NCBI GenBank assembly: GCA_017541375.1
Contig: JAFXZE010000005.1
Location: 448,153-512,152, forward strand
Reading direction: 5' to 3'
Length of the DNA: 64,000 nt
DNA from: Clostridia bacterium
GTDB lineage: Bacteria > Bacillota > Clostridia > Christensenellales > UBA1242
Shown here in pieces: positions 63,043 through 64,000 of the stretch. A program made the position numbers and the translations under genes. Each line of letters opens with the position of its first letter. The first letter of the stretch is position 1. The notes below the pieces were generated by a model. The model saw only the letters and a program-made list of their open reading frames with translations, had not been told where the DNA came from and made no database searches.

Positions 63043-64000
63043 GTGGCTAAGAAATTAGGTTTATTTAAGATTTTATCTTTGGCGCTTTGTATTATGGTTG
63101 CGCCAGTAATGGCAGCTTGTGAGTTAGTTACTATCAACTATGATAAGCAACTAAATCAGGCAGTTTCTAGTTTTGATAATGGCAGAGTAGAACTAAGTCG
63201 TGAAGAGTTGATTATTTTATACAACACTACGGGTAGATCAAGATTTGATTCATCAGGGGCGGCTACTCAGGAAGGAATAGAATCTACCATCGAACTTGGA
63301 TTAGATAGAAAAATACTTGTGGATATGCTCACAGCAAAGGACCAAGCTGAGTTGCGTGAAGCTTTGGGAGTAGAACAAGTAGTACTAAATAGTACTGAGA
63401 TACATGAAATTTGGTGGGGAATATATGACTATATCAATTCTTCTGTACTCGAGTATGAAAACCAGTTTAGGAAAGAGGATGGGCTAGAGATATGGAAAGA
63501 CGAAGAGGAAGAGAGTGATACATCAGATTCTACAGCCTATACACCATATTCAAAGACATATGAAATTACTAGTGTAGCAAAAGATGGCATCGTGCAGTAC
63601 AACTTAGTAAAACTACCAGAAAAACAAGATGCTCTCAAAGAAGAAGATGCTCTTTTTGATGTAAATGATAAAAACTTATCTTTTGGTGAAAAGGCAGAGC
63701 AAGCATATAAAAACTTTAGAGAAAAGTACTGGAACCAACACGACAGTATGGATATTACTGGCGAAGTGGACAAGACTAAAAAGAGCTATAGCGATAAGGC
63801 ATGGAACAAGTTTATTCAAAACTTGCTCGTAAATGAGTCGAAGAGAAACTTGAGTAAGGATGTAGAAGAAGTTTTTTTGCGCGAAGTACAACGAATCTAC
63901 AATATTTACTATCAAAATGCGATACTTACCCAATTTCAAAATAACTATACCAAGACTTTAGCAGTAACCGAAGATGATGTAGTAAACAAATTTTTAGAAT
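63043..64000 (+). CDS. putative lipoprotein, possibly a SurA-N/PrsA-like foldase; 3' end lies outside the window
   Basis: Not in the ORF track. GTG 63043 follows RBS ggaga. Signal peptide with lipobox VMAAC. I read the frame as open through to position 64000. The position after mfd is typical for a foldase gene in Clostridia (from memory). Confidence 0.6.
   Translation, partial: MAKKLGLFKILSLALCIMVAPVMAACELVTINYDKQLNQAVSSFDNGRVELSREELIILYNTTGRSRFDSSGAATQEGIESTIELGLDRKILVDMLTAKDQAELREALGVEQVVLNSTEIHEIWWGIYDYINSSVLEYENQFRKEDGLEIWKDEEEESDTSDSTAYTPYSKTYEITSVAKDGIVQYNLVKLPEKQDALKEEDALFDVNDKNLSFGEKAEQAYKNFREKYWNQHDSMDITGEVDKTKKSYSDKAWNKFIQNLLVNESKRNLSKDVEEVFLREVQRIYNIYYQNAILTQFQNNYTKTLAVTEDDVVNKFLE

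Overview
This is a low-GC Bacillota (Clostridia-like) chromosomal segment. The taxon call rests on veg, whiA, a SpoVID/SipL-like LysM protein, and the yqzL-era-recO and pth-mfd gene orders. All function calls come from reading motifs in the supplied translations; no database search was possible.

The window holds three kinds of content.

(1) Conserved housekeeping blocks: nrdD-nrdG behind tandem NrdR boxes, veg, acpP, trxB, tRNA-Leu(CAA), uvrC, murB, a PHP phosphatase, whiA, dnaE, two CPBP proteases, phosphoketolase, uppP, era, recO, tadA, pth and mfd.

(2) A visibly more AT-rich integrative element of about 11 kb directly 3' of tRNA-Leu (about 17.6-28.8 kb). It carries a large serine recombinase and an HUH rolling-circle Rep flanked by long inverted repeats. 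It also carries a type IIS AlwI/BstNBI-family restriction enzyme with an HTH-fused double Dam-like methyltransferase, and a KAP P-loop NTPase. Beside the KAP gene is a 1.3 kb gene-poor stretch packed with consensus promoters, terminators, short transcripts and small membrane peptides. Two membrane proteins complete the cargo.

(3) Two clusters of monocistronic ORFan genes (about 10.7-15.5 kb and 29.6-38.3 kb). They are built from duplicated promoter and terminator junctions, paralogue pairs and internally duplicated proteins, and share a recurring short FF-x-basic motif.

The best candidates for an undescribed system are the KAP NTPase plus its adjacent RNA and small-peptide region on the mobile element, and the ORFan cassette clusters. 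The second cluster includes a divergent pair of shikimate-kinase-like P-loop proteins next to a tandem-module protein. No CRISPR array or rRNA gene was seen.
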